From Lama guanicoe (lineage: Eukaryota), in the NCBI GenBank assembly GCA_013239625.1, contig MU054391.1, positions 1,056,001 to 1,120,000 on the forward strand: 64,000 nucleotides of DNA, given 5' to 3'. The position numbers were made by a program, and so were the translations under genes. The first letter of the stretch is position 1. Each line of letters begins with the position of its first letter. Below are positions 53,023-64,000 of the stretch, piece by piece. The notes beneath the pieces are model-generated. The model was not told the DNA's origin, did not search any database, and saw nothing but the letters and a program-made list of their open reading frames with translations.

Positions 53023-55403
53023 ACGTCGTTCCATCAGCACGTGAAGTGATCAGTGTTGACGTGCAGTGTAGTCAACATCCACCAATTTATTAGGAATTAT
53101 TATATAACCATGTGGGCAGAGAGACACAGTGATAATGATGCGAGACTGCAGCGTCCTCATCAACTAAAAAGTAAACTTGATAGAAAGCGGCTAAAGTTGA
53201 TCCATTGAGAAACAGCAGGGGAACCGCACTAAACACACTTTTATTGAGCACCTACATGGAATGTCTGCTTTGTTTAAGTGGAGATATGTCGGAATAATAC
53301 AAGCAGATTTAACTTCATACCTCATTTCCTGCATGCCAGGACATGGTGTCCTCATTAGTTTGTCTCTCCAGCAGCTGTGTGTTCTTTTCACCATCTTCAC
53401 TTCCATGTTTATATGAGAAACTGGTTAGGATTAAAGCACTGGGTTAGTGGCAAACTTGGCTTCCACCCGAGCACTCCAGCGCCAGAGTCTATGCTGGGAG
53501 CCACGACAAGAGATGGCCCCAGACGACCAGGGAGGTGGAGCCATGAAGGGGAGTGAACTGCCGCCAGGAAGGTGGGTAAGGGCACAGGCCAGCGGGAGGC
53601 TCGCGCGTGCTGACGCCCTAGAGGATTGCTGGCCCGTCAGTGATAATTCGCAGTGCAGCTCCGCCACACACGCGGGGCAGAAGGGCTGATCCACAGGCCC
53701 CAGGATGCAGGACGAGGATGGAGGTGGCGTGGCGTGTGATAAAAACCAAACGGCAAGCACAGTAAGTGAGCTACGGCTGAGGTGCTCTGGACACACGTCG
53801 GGAAACTAGCAGAATCTACCTGAAACTGTGCATAGACACACTCCCCACTTCCCAGCCAGGTGGGAACAGATGCTCATCCAAGAAATAAGAAGAGTGATCG
53901 TAGGAGAAACTGACTTAGCCCCAACCTGACTTCCACCAAACGTCTTTGCAAAACAGAACAGGCACACAAGCTGAGGTCCCCCCGCCAAGCAGACCGTGCT
54001 GCGCTCAGCGTAGCGACACAAACGCGAGAGGTGCGCCTCCCACAGAGAACGCGGAGCACAGGAAGCTGGGTGAGAGGAATGGACGCGTGATGGTTCATTT
54101 TGCAGAAGTTACTCACTTTTGGCTTTTGAACTCCTGTGCGATTCAAGGAGTCAGAACGGTGGCCACCTTCCAGGAGAAGGGCGCCCTGGGGAAGGTGGTG
54201 CGAGGTGGGCTGGGGTGCTGGCAGCGTCCTGCCTCATGACCTTTGTGGTGTCCACATGGGCGTAGTCACCTGGGTGCGTTCACTGAACTGCGTACTCTGG
54301 ATCTGTGTGCTTTTGACACATGCATGTTCAGCTGAAATTTTAAAATAGTAGGCTTGGTGCATACATCATCCCTGCCCCCTAAAGGAGTAGAGTGCATGCA
54401 ACAGGGAAACGGCACTGGTGAGGAAAGTGCCTCTTGAGATGAGCAGTCCTGGCTAAGGACAGAGACGGGATGCAGGTCTGAGCCCTGGCATCATCTCAGT
54501 CCGTGGCTAATCCCATCAACTGCCTCACCTGTGGTGTGAGGCGGGGATTACCCCAGGGGCTTTGTGAGTATTAAACGAGGCATTAACCGATGCCTTCCTT
54601 CAGCTCCAGGCAGCCGACGCGCCACGCCGGGCGGTGAGGAGCGCTCAGCTTCCTCTTCAAAATCATGCCCTTTGTTTTTGCAATTGCTGTAAAACATTCA
54701 TTGCCTTGTGACTTTCTATATTTTGTTTGATTTTTAAATTTTTTTCTTAAACAATTCATTTGCTTTTTCCAACTTCTGGAGGCTAGAAATTGTCCTATTC
54801 CCGTGAGTCTAAAATGAGATTAAGACTAGCAGCTGTGACCATATAATGCTGTTTAAGTGTAAAGCACCCCCAAAGTATACAAGGTTGTTCGTGTAAATGT
54901 CTAGTGTTTTCCCAGCACCCAGCAAGCCCCTCGCTGCGGGCCCGCTGCACTCTCACCGTGGTGCCGCTGGCCCACCAGTCAGCGCCACCTCCCACCGCTT
55001 CCTCTGCCTCCTGGTTTTACTTCCTCCCTTCTTCCCACCTTGTTTCCCCCAAGGTGACCACTGGTACCTACCCCTTAGACCAGCTTTCACAGAGAGTAAG
55101 GGATGGTTGCAGTTCAGTTGTTTTTCAGAACCTGACCTTAATCTTTTTGATGGATTCCATCTTGCCTTCTGCTCCCACTTTCCCCAAATGGCAGGACTCC
55201 GTGCCTCCCCCTTCGCACCTGGTGTTCTTGCTCCGGCCCCTGGTCTTGGGCGTTCGAACCCGCTGGGCCTCCAGTGTCAGTGTCGGGCTTTCTTCTGGTC
55301 CTGGTTCCCCCTCAGCTGACAAGGATAGAAATAAACCCCGTCCATGGCCTCGTAAGGAGGAAGCATGCTGAGGAAGTATGTAAGGGGATTGTTAAAGACA
55401 ATG

Positions 55404-55492
55404 CTTTCTTTTTCTTTTCTTTTCTTTTCTTTTCTTTTCTTTTCTTTTCTTTTCTTTTCTTTTCTTTTTTTTCTTTTTTTTTTTTTTTTCTT
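55404..55492. repeat. (TTTTC)n / poly-T tract
   Basis: Seen directly. Confidence 0.9.
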
Positions 55493-55576
55493 CATTTTTG
55501 AGGGTGTGAAGGAGGGACAGAAAAGTAACCGCTTCCTCAGTGAAATACTCCCATAAGCTCCCTGAAGGGCCGTGTT

Positions 55577-56212
55577 TGTAACCGAGCAGGACCCTGTGGG
55601 TCCCTCCCGGGGCAGACTGTCCCTCATCCTCTGCCTGCCTCTTGTCTGTAGGAAAGCTTTAGCCTCCCAGGCCCCCCTCACGTTCCAAAGAACAAACATA
55701 ATCAGAGAAGTGAGAAAGCTCACAAGCGAAGGGAAAGAGGCGAGCAAGACAAAACAATCATAGTTCAGCCATAAAGTGAAGCCGAGGATGTTTAGTTCCC
55801 CCTCAAGGGCTGCAGGTCACATTCGGAGCCGTGTCTTTGAGCTGCTTTGCGGCACTGTGACCGACCGCACAGGCAGACATTCGCTCTGTGCTGCCCACGA
55901 GCACAAGTGGACCCCAGACTGCGTGGAACCAGAGGGTTGATGGCGCTGACTCCCCATGGCCTCGCCACCAGCCAATCAGAAGAGAGTCTGCGAGCTGACC
56001 ACACACCCCACGGCCGGCCTCCCCCCCTCAGCGTGTCTTTAAAACCCTCCCCCTGAAACCCACCGGGCAGGTCAGGTCTTCTGACGGTTAGCTTCCCGGA
56101 CTCCTCGTCTGGCACCTGCCGTGACGAGCGCACTTTGCTCCACCACAACCTGCCGTCGGTAGCTTGGCTTCGCTGCGCACCAGGGGATGGACCTGAGTTT
56201 GATTTGGTAACA
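55577..56212 (+). mobile_element. Solo ERV1-class LTR
   Basis: TGTAACCGAG...TTGGTAACA termini, 4-bp TSD TGTT (55573-55576 and 56213-56216), CCAAT and TTTAAAA elements. Confidence 0.85.
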
Positions 56213-56733
56213 TGTTTGCGACCTTCCAGGTTTTGAGTTGATGTCTGACCACCACCTCCTTCTTTCAAGGAGCGTGTTTTACAGTAAAGTCACTGGTTTA
56301 AGCAAAGTTTTTCTTGGGGGTACAGTTAAGCTGCCAACACTGCTGTTGAAATACTGTCCTTTGGGAGTTAAAAAAAAAAAGTCATTTCTTTGTCTTAAAG
56401 AATTTTAACGAAGTGAGCTAGTCACAAGAGTAATTCACCTTTCCAGGGAGCGTAATGTCTAGTCTTAAAGACTAGACAGGGAAGTAATTGTGGCCGGGAC
56501 TTCTATTTTATCCAGTTCTGGACGAATGAATGACAAAATAAAACATGTGAAGCTGTGTCAATTTCTTTTTTAAGGTTTTGTTCTTGCTTTTGTTTTTTGT
56601 TTGTTTTCTTGTTTGCTTGTCCATTTGTGTTTGGCTTTTGCTTAGAAGAGGGGGATAGTGATACGAATGGGCTGTTATGTTGTGTGTCAGGGAAGGCAAA
56701 TCCAGGAGGGCTGGGAGGAGGTGTGACCTCCCC

Positions 56734-56945
56734 ACAGCTGTGGCTCCAGTCAGGGGCCACCATCCCTCGGGGGGAGTTTGGCAATGTCTGCCCTCACTCC
56801 TGGAGGCCACAGGAGGCGGGGGACTGGCTTCAGGTGGGTGGAGGCCATAGACGCTGACAAACACCCCCGGGCGCACAGGAGAGCCCCTGACAGTGGAGAG
56901 CTGTCGGGCCCCAGGTGTTGGTAGGACTAAGGCTGAGAAACCCTG
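56734..56945. mobile_element. MER20-like hAT element
   Basis: tttggcaatgtctg...gggtggaggcca...gctgacaaacacc...ggctgagaaaccctg motifs. Confidence 0.7.
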
Positions 56946-58436
56946 GGGAGAGAAGTGCAGGTTGCGGGGGTGCGGGGAGACTGGGAGCTTCTGGAAGGAG
57001 AGCAGGTATCCGGGCAGGTCTTTACAGGTTCTAACGGCCAGAGGGTGAGGTCGGAGAAGCAACCGAGAGTGCAACGGGGCAGCGGAGTCCGAAGAGGGTG
57101 CTGAAGGAGCTGCGGGCTACTCCACGCTGTTCCCCCTGCCGGCTCCTCGCTAGCTGGGGCACGCTGCTTCTCAGGGCTGGGGAGTCAGGCCGGAGTCTCC
57201 TCTGGGGAGAACGCACACGACATGCGCCCAGGGAGCCGACCAAGACGCCTCGTCCCTGGGGTCGCCTGCACCACTGCCGCCTCTCGTCTCTCCTCACAAG
57301 CCTGTCTTAGCCCCTGCGTGGCCTGGGGGGCCGCCCCCGTGGTGGCCCAGCTCCTGACGGACGTTTCCTGGCCCCTCCGAAGGAGGGGTCGAAGGAGAGC
57401 TACGACTTTCTCTGATTGTTCTCCCGCCTGACCGTGACGCTCTAGGAGTCTGACCGCCCTCCGCCGCCTCCAGGTTTGACAAGGTTTCTGCCCTGTGCGT
57501 GGAGAGTCTTCACCCACTTCCCGAGTCTGTGTGTGTTGATCCTCGTGGTTCCAGCTGCGCCTTTTCCAGCCTTGTCAGGAGAAGGAAGGCTCAGTTCTAA
57601 CAGCAGAAACCTCGCGTCCCGTGCAGGCTCACTGTGAAGTCTCCTGCTGTAGTCAGGAAGGCCCCAGGGAGTGGCCCGTGGGAGGAGGGGTTGGGCGCAC
57701 GACCACACCTGCTGCCTGGGGTCCCAGCCACAGGCGAGCCCCCTCTTACCACAAACCTCCAGCCGGCTGTGGCACTCGCGTTCTTTTCCGCAAGGGCTTA
57801 TAGGACTCAAACTTTTAAGGGCTAGGAAAGTTATAAATCAAGGGTAAACTTTACATTTAAAATACGACATTGGTGTTCCTCTGGGGAAAAGAGACACACG
57901 ACAGTCACCGCGAGGACGGCCTACGCGGAAGTGGAGGACCGCAGAGCTGCCGCTGGCTGTCCCCAGCAGCCTTTCCTCACGCTTTGTTGGGAGTGGAGCC
58001 CTGATTTTGCTGGGGGTGTAACTTCCTCCTTGATTTAAGCCAGGGCCAGGTTTGGGCGTGAGCGTGTGGCACGGCGTGTGGCACACCTGCGGCCGATCAC
58101 ATCTGAGAGGAGCCTGACGGGCTGTTCTAAAGGGATACGAGCCCGTGTTCCCTCTGAGAGACGCAAGGGGCACTGGCTCTTCCTTACGCTTCTGGAGGAC
58201 GCAGTCAGTCTGGACGCACTGGGGTGACCACCTTCTTGTAATCACGGTCGCAGTTCAGCTGAGAGGTGACCCAGCAGCCTGAGGAAGGCCAGGCAGAAGT
58301 GCAGGGAGAAGCTGAATTCTCAGCTCTATGGTTGTAATGTTGAATTAACCAACTCCGAGCCATCCCACTTCTGGACTCCTTGTCTATAAGGATAATGTTC
58401 AAGTTGATTCAAGTTGGGGTTCCCATTTACTTGCTT

Positions 58437-58736
58437 AAAAAAATGTAAATACAAAACAGAAACAGACTCATAGACATAGAATACAAACTTGCGGTTGCCA
58501 AGGGGGCAGGGGGTGGGAAGGGACAGACTGGGAGTTCAGAATGTAGAACAGATAAACAAGATTATACTGTGCAGCACAGGGAAATATATACGAGACCTTG
58601 TGGTAGCTCACAGCGAAAAGAATGTGACAATGAATATATGTATGTTCATGGATAACTGAAAAACTGTGCTGTACACTGGAATTTAACACAACGTTGTAAA
58701 ATAACTATAACTCAGTAAAAAATGTTAAAAAAAAAC
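58437..58736 (+). mobile_element. L1 3' UTR fragment
   Basis: Same 3' UTR family as 51.1-51.4 kb, with an A-tail. Confidence 0.9.
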
Positions 58737-59346
58737 CTAATGAATGAAATAACTTTATATTTGCCATGGAGGATAGGCTGCCTTCCTTTCCAAAAGAAAT
58801 GCTCGGTCTAGCAACTGCATTATCGTGAGTCAGAAGAATTAGTGCGCTGCCTTTCTTGGTTCAGCAGAAGGAGCCTCTCACTTCAGACAAGGCTTCCGGA
58901 CTTGGGTTTTATCTCCTCACTTACTCTGTGTGTCCTTGGGTCAGGCGAACGTTGCCTTGATGCTATCAAGGCTGTGTATTTAGCATGAAGATTACCATGT
59001 GCTCACTTAAAAGTTCATTTCAAAGCTACCCTAAGCAGCGTTCATACAGTGTCAGTTTTCATCTTCAGAACGTCTGCCTAACATATGTGATTTGTCAGGA
59101 TTAGTCTTCATTGTTCCCGGTGCTCTGTGTCAATTTGATATTTGTTTTCACACATAAAATGGTATTTCCAGGTCAACAGGCACCTAGAAGTCCCTTTTAA
59201 AAGTCATCACAATCTTCAGTAAGGGAGTAAGAGCTAGTTGCATAATCTGTTATGCACGCGAACAAGGCTTCGAGGTTGCAGGAGCTGGCGAACTGGAGGA
59301 GAAGTAAGTCAAGCGCACGCAGCTGATGTATTCACTGAGCGCCGGC

Positions 59347-59385
59347 TACTGTTTCACCGTTACTGATACTGTTTCACCGTTACTG
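59347..59385. repeat. 20-bp tandem duplication
   Basis: tactgtttcaccgttactg occurs twice. Confidence 0.9.
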
Positions 59386-62300
59386 GCACATGTTTATACA
59401 GTGTTTTGGAAATTATAAAGTAATATTGTATCTGTTTTTTATTTTAATCAGGTTAACCTAGACCCAGAACTGTGCCAGATGCTGCAGGAATTCAGGAAAA
59501 ATGTAAAACTGGCTTGGCTAATGGAAACAGCGCCAACCAAACGCTTCATTGAAAAGTGTTCTTTAAAGCCAAGTATCAGTGAATTTGAAAAGAGGCACTG
59601 GATCTAGAATTTTACAACAAATCACAGGAATCCCCAAAGAAGCTCCTTCAGTGGCCTGATGGCAGGTGTGCAGCTCTGGTGTGTGCCACACACCAGAAGT
59701 GCAGTGCGAGACACTAACACGACAGACAGAAAACTTGCTTTGATCATTGACTCCACGCACAACTCTGAGCCCAGAAAGGACGGCCATGTGCCATCTCTAA
59801 GTAAGAGAAGCCAGGTTTCAGCAGACACATTATCTATTGTATTTTTGCGACTTAAATTATCTATTTACTAAAAGAGAATCACTCCCATGGAAATTACACA
59901 TTTGAAAGTATTAATTTTCCATTTGAACCTGAAATTAAGTCTGGAAAATTTCAAAGAAATTCTCTGCAAGGCAACAGAGTATAATCCTCTTCGTTACAGT
60001 ATAGAAATTATTTGATTTTTTTCTTACGTATCTTTTGCATTTTTATCTGTGAAGAGTGAGGCAGGAGGCTTGATTGACTTTAGCATATTAGGATTTTTTA
60101 AAGCACAATGTATCTTTTATTTTTTAAGAAAGAGAGAAAATTGTTTTCCTTAGAAGTGAAATAAACCCTCGTAAGGACAGGAAGCTGCAGGATATACTTA
60201 ATCTGGTGCAGGATGTGCGGTTTTAGGAGTTAGGGATGTCACTGAAGCTCAGTCTTCATTAAAAGTATAAAAATCAAAAACACAGAATTTGCAAAGCGGT
60301 TGATAGAGGAAGGTCTGCAAGTGGCTCTCAGAAGCGTGAAGGTAACATGAACCCCGCCCACCACCCCAGAAATGGCGGCTAAGCCGCGACAAGGTTCCGC
60401 CCTCCCACCAAACGGACAAGCACCCAGGGTCTTAGAGCCCACAGTGCAGGGGGCAACGTGGAAAGGTGCCAGCAAGACTGTAAATTTGTGCAGATTCTAT
60501 AGACAGCGATTTACCAAAATGTATCACAATTTGAAATGCACGCACCACTCACACTCCTGCTGTCTTCTCATCCCACCCTGCAGGGTATTTTTATCACAGT
60601 AGCCAGAACGATCATCCCGAAATACAAATCAGAGCAGACCATTCCTCAGCTCACTCCTCTCCACGGCCCCCCTTCCTCAGAGGGAAGCAAAGTTCCCCAG
60701 CAGCTTGTCATGGTCCGGGTGCTTCTGGGCCTGAGTGGCCTCATGTCCTGTTGGGCTTCGGACTGGTGGGACTCTCCCAATCATTTAAACATATTTTTTA
60801 AAAACCCACAGTATAGCATAAAGGACAGTGAGCATGTGTAATTTATAGTGATGGGTTACACGAAGAATCACCAAAATGCTACCTGTGACCACCACCCATC
60901 ATGCACCGAATCACCGGCACCTAAGGGGCCCCCAGGAGTGCAGGCCCAGCCGCTGCCGAAGGAGACCACTCTGCCGGCTTCTAGCTGCCGGGCTCATGCG
61001 CCTGCTTTTGAACTTTGTAAAAACAGGACACACGTGCTCTTCTGTGCCCGGTTTCTCTTGCTCAACACTTTGTGAGGTTCTTGCTCGTTCAGCAGCAGCG
61101 GGCTGCGTGCCCCGTCCTGTTTCAGTCGTGCGTCTTACATCGTATGATTGATTCCATGTGATGCCATGTCACGGCTCATCACGCCGTTCAGTTCACACCA
61201 CGTCCACATCACACCGCATCTCATGACAGAACGTGACACATCACATCACGTCGTAGATGCAAATACATAACCAAGTTACTCACCCATTCTGGAGCTGATG
61301 GACGCTGGGACTGTTTCCAGTCGGGGTTCTAATAACAGAGCTGTGAACATCTCCGTGTGTCAGTGCGTGTCTGTTGTGTGCACACCTGGGAGTAAACCTG
61401 TGGGCTGTGACCCACACGTGTGAGCAGTCACAGCGCAGGGTGCTCAATAACCCCAAGTGCTTGCGCTTCCGCTGGCATCGCATGAGTGTTTCAGTTGCTC
61501 CAATTTTTCCTCCAAAATGGGTGTAGTGTCTAAAATGTGAAATATCTTCAATTTTAAAGAAAAAGTAAACCATATTCCCTACACTGAACCTTTTATGATT
61601 ATGAACCATCCATGTTGAATAACTAAAACCAAAACCTTCTCCACAATTTGAATGTAACCAGGAAACTTGACAAGCATCGTATGGTTGCGCTAGATACTCA
61701 TGTTCTTAAGAAGCAGCACTCAGCAAGTCAGCGCTGCACAGACTCCCTCCACTGTTTTATTTTCTGAGGTTTCAAGGCAACACAGGCCCGTCGGTGCAGC
61801 TGCCTTATTATTCTCAGGGAAAGCATTCCAACTCTGGCCTTCCAAATTGGGGTCAGTGTGTGCATGTCTGCAGTTTGAGTTTCCACCGTTCACATCTCCA
61901 ATCAGACCCTTTATTAGTGAAGAGCTGCAGCACAGGCCATTTACAATTCTTCTGGTTTCGGATTCCCTAGGACCGTCCCTGGCCTCTTACTAAAATAGTG
62001 TCCGCCCTACCTTTTTTCTTTGATTTTCTCAAGCTGTAATCTATCCCCATTTCTTCTGAAGGTCATCATTTTCAAACAAGAGAAAACTAGTCCAGGGCTG
62101 CAAGGGTGGCCTTCCCGTGCCAGAATCACAGTTTGCACTCAGTGTCACCAGACCGTGATCAAGACATCGTCATGGTCTGGCAGGGGTGGCTTTCCAGATA
62201 TCAGTTTGATGTATTATCATAATTAAAATTTTCTCATGGCTTCTTACCGTCAGCTGAGGAGGAGGAAGGCGGCTCCCTGCCACCGTCCCAGGAGCCCAGA

Positions 62301-62612
62301 AGCATCCAGCGTTGATCCCTGCTCTGCATGAACATGTGGCAAATCAGCTGGGGGGAGGGGAGGAAGTTAAGGCACTAGGGCCCAGCGATTTCTTCTGCTC
62401 TGAAAATGCCAGGGTTTGGTGCAGTCCTGCCTACTCTGACGGGGGCTGAGGTGTGTCACAAAGCTCACAGAGCTGAATGTCCAGATCCGTTCCTGTGGTG
62501 CTCTGTGGCCCAAATGTTTTCCCTGCTCTTTTTGCACCTAATATTTTTGTCAGTCATTTTTTTTTTAAGTTTTTCTTTTTAATGTTGAGTACTGAGGTCA
62601 CGGCCCCAAACG

Positions 62613-62644
62613 TCAGACAGACAGACAGACAGACAGACAGACAG
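62613..62644. repeat. (GACA)n microsatellite
   Basis: Seen directly. Confidence 0.9.
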
Positions 62645-62649
62645 GTGAC

Positions 62650-64000
62650 ACAGAAAATCACAACTTACTGAAGCAGAAACCTCCCAGGAGGTGGCAGTGG
62701 GTAGGAGGCCCTAAACCCCAACTGACAAATAGATGGAGGGCAAGTCTGAGGGGTGAAGACTCCACTGGGGGCCCCGTAACCCAGGGCCCCCACACTTCTG
62801 TGAGTTTTACCTCCAGGAGCTCTACCAGGTTCTCACAGTAGAAACGGGAGAAGATTTCCACCGAGTTTCATCAGAGGGACGTGAAAGAAGCCATGTGAAC
62901 GACACCAGAGCGCTCTGTTCCTAACACGTGCTGCTCAGGAGGAACCATCTGACCAGACTCCAATCTCTGTAGGGTTTGTCAAACACATCTGACCTGCAGG
63001 AAGGCCATCTAGCCATCCTGTTCCACATGAGGTTGGGGGTAACACTGAGAAACACCTGTCCAGTGTTCACCAAAGGAAGGCATTCGAAAAGGCAAAAACT
63101 GCAGTTTGAAATGATAGACCAGGCTTCAGAATCAAGTCAGATAGAGCAAGAATATTGAAATTGTCAGACCAGCAAGTTAAAGTTATTATGATTAAAATGC
63201 TAAGTGCTTTAATGGAAAAAGTGGACAACAGGCAAAAACAGATGGGTAATACAGACAGAGAGAAGGAAATTCTGATGGAAAAAAATCAAAAGCAAATGCT
63301 AGATGTCAAAACCATTGCAACAGAAGTGAGGAACGCCCCTGGTGGACTTGTGAGCGGACGGGACCCAGCTGAGGAAGGACCCTGTGAGCTGGAGGGCAGT
63401 CCGCAGGAACACAATCCCTAACGGAGTCTCAGCTGCCTCCTTGTAGAGACTGGCAAACTAATTCTAAAATTCATACGGAATTGCCAAGGACCAGGGTAGC
63501 CAAGACACTTCTGAAAAAGAAAAACAAAGGAGGAAGACATACACTTCATGGTTTGAAAACTCACTACAGAGCAGCAGTCACCAACAGAGTGTGATTCTGT
63601 CCAAGGTTGTCATATGGTTCAGCGGACGAGAAGTGAGAACCCAGAAATGAACCCAAACGTCTTCAGCAACAGGCAAGACCATCCAACAAATGGTGCTGGG
63701 ACAACAGGATGGCCGTGTGCAAAAGTATGAAATTGGACACTTACCTCACACCATACACAAGAATTAGCACAAGATGGATCAAACAGTTAAATGTAGTAAC
63801 TGTAAAACTCAGAAGAAAACATGGGGTGAATATTCATGGCTTTGGATGTAGCAAAGGATTCTTACATATGACACCAAAGGTACAAATGCAAGAAGAATTA
63901 GATACACTGGACGTCGTCAAAATGAGAATGTGTGCTTCAAAGAACACCATCAAAAAAGTGGGAAGAGAACCCAGAGACAGAATACATTTGCAAATCGCAT
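62650..64000 (+). mobile_element. Old L1M fragments (5'/ORF1-like to ~63420; ORF2 from ~63440)
   Basis: ORF1-like KVIMIKMLSALMEKVDN and ORF2 ctaattctaaaattcatacggaa...cttacctcacaccatacaca. Confidence 0.75.

Larger units (their letters stand above)
36634..60214 (+). pseudogene. Decayed multi-exon axonemal dynein heavy chain-like gene (N-terminal tail / DHC_N1); probably continues to the right
   Basis: Colinear exon candidates, mostly AG/GT-bounded: ~36672 DDRMATLSRLFCPALHF; 37868-37920; 45590-45673 KGLGEKPPARAVFALCTS; 46156 QSRQMQSLL; 46338-46367; 48049-48139; 52117-52143; 53340-53423 DMVSSLVCL...CLYEKL; 53856-53893 EQMLIQEIRR; 54782-54802 ARNCPIP; 55054-55095 VTTGTYPLDQLSQR; 55316-55351 LTRIEINPVHGL; 59172-59218 VNRHL; 59452 VNLDPELCQMLQEFRKNVKL; 59628-59665 IPKEAPSVA*WQ; 60154-60214 KLQDILNLVQD. 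The order matches the recalled DHC_N1 consensus (G.NP.P..E..FW, L.EKY, QMF..EL, NMPPVAG...W..QL..RI, VNFDP.L..LLREV, IPESA). Confidence 0.7.

Noticed and set aside
53340..53423. HIT-like motif CSFHHLHFHVY in an alternative frame
   Set aside because: That frame has a stop and no other HIT-family exons. The phase-0 frame is open and fits the dynein order.
59452..59665. Single long exon, or a MORN-like LQWPDGR motif
   Set aside because: Better explained as two dynein-like exons (VNLDP... and IPKEA...) separated by a short intron whose donor I could not identify.

Overview
Mammalian genomic DNA, probably camelid (tRNA-Ala-derived vic-1-type SINE, matching young L1 3' UTRs). It is GC-rich and repeat-dense, and I found no intact host protein-coding gene. 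Reading AG/GT-bounded micro-exons by hand gives two decayed multi-exon genes that the ORF track misses, arranged head-to-head across a CpG-island cluster. (1) A minus-strand gene with its ATG at 17246 and a probable first exon near 33.1 kb runs off the left edge. It has a mitochondrial-presequence-like N-terminus and segments colinear with the MICU (mitochondrial calcium uptake) family. (2) A plus-strand gene from about 36.6 kb to beyond 60.2 kb has exons that follow the N-terminal tail (DHC_N1) of axonemal dynein heavy chains in order. Both carry stops and frameshifts, so they look like unprocessed pseudogenes. A solo ERV1-type LTR with six CCAAT boxes and two octamer motifs sits between the two promoters. 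The rest is L1 (young, old, inverted and internally deleted copies), L2, MaLR/ERV LTRs, hAT elements and microsatellites. Family assignments rest on by-eye comparison with remembered sequences and need a homology search.
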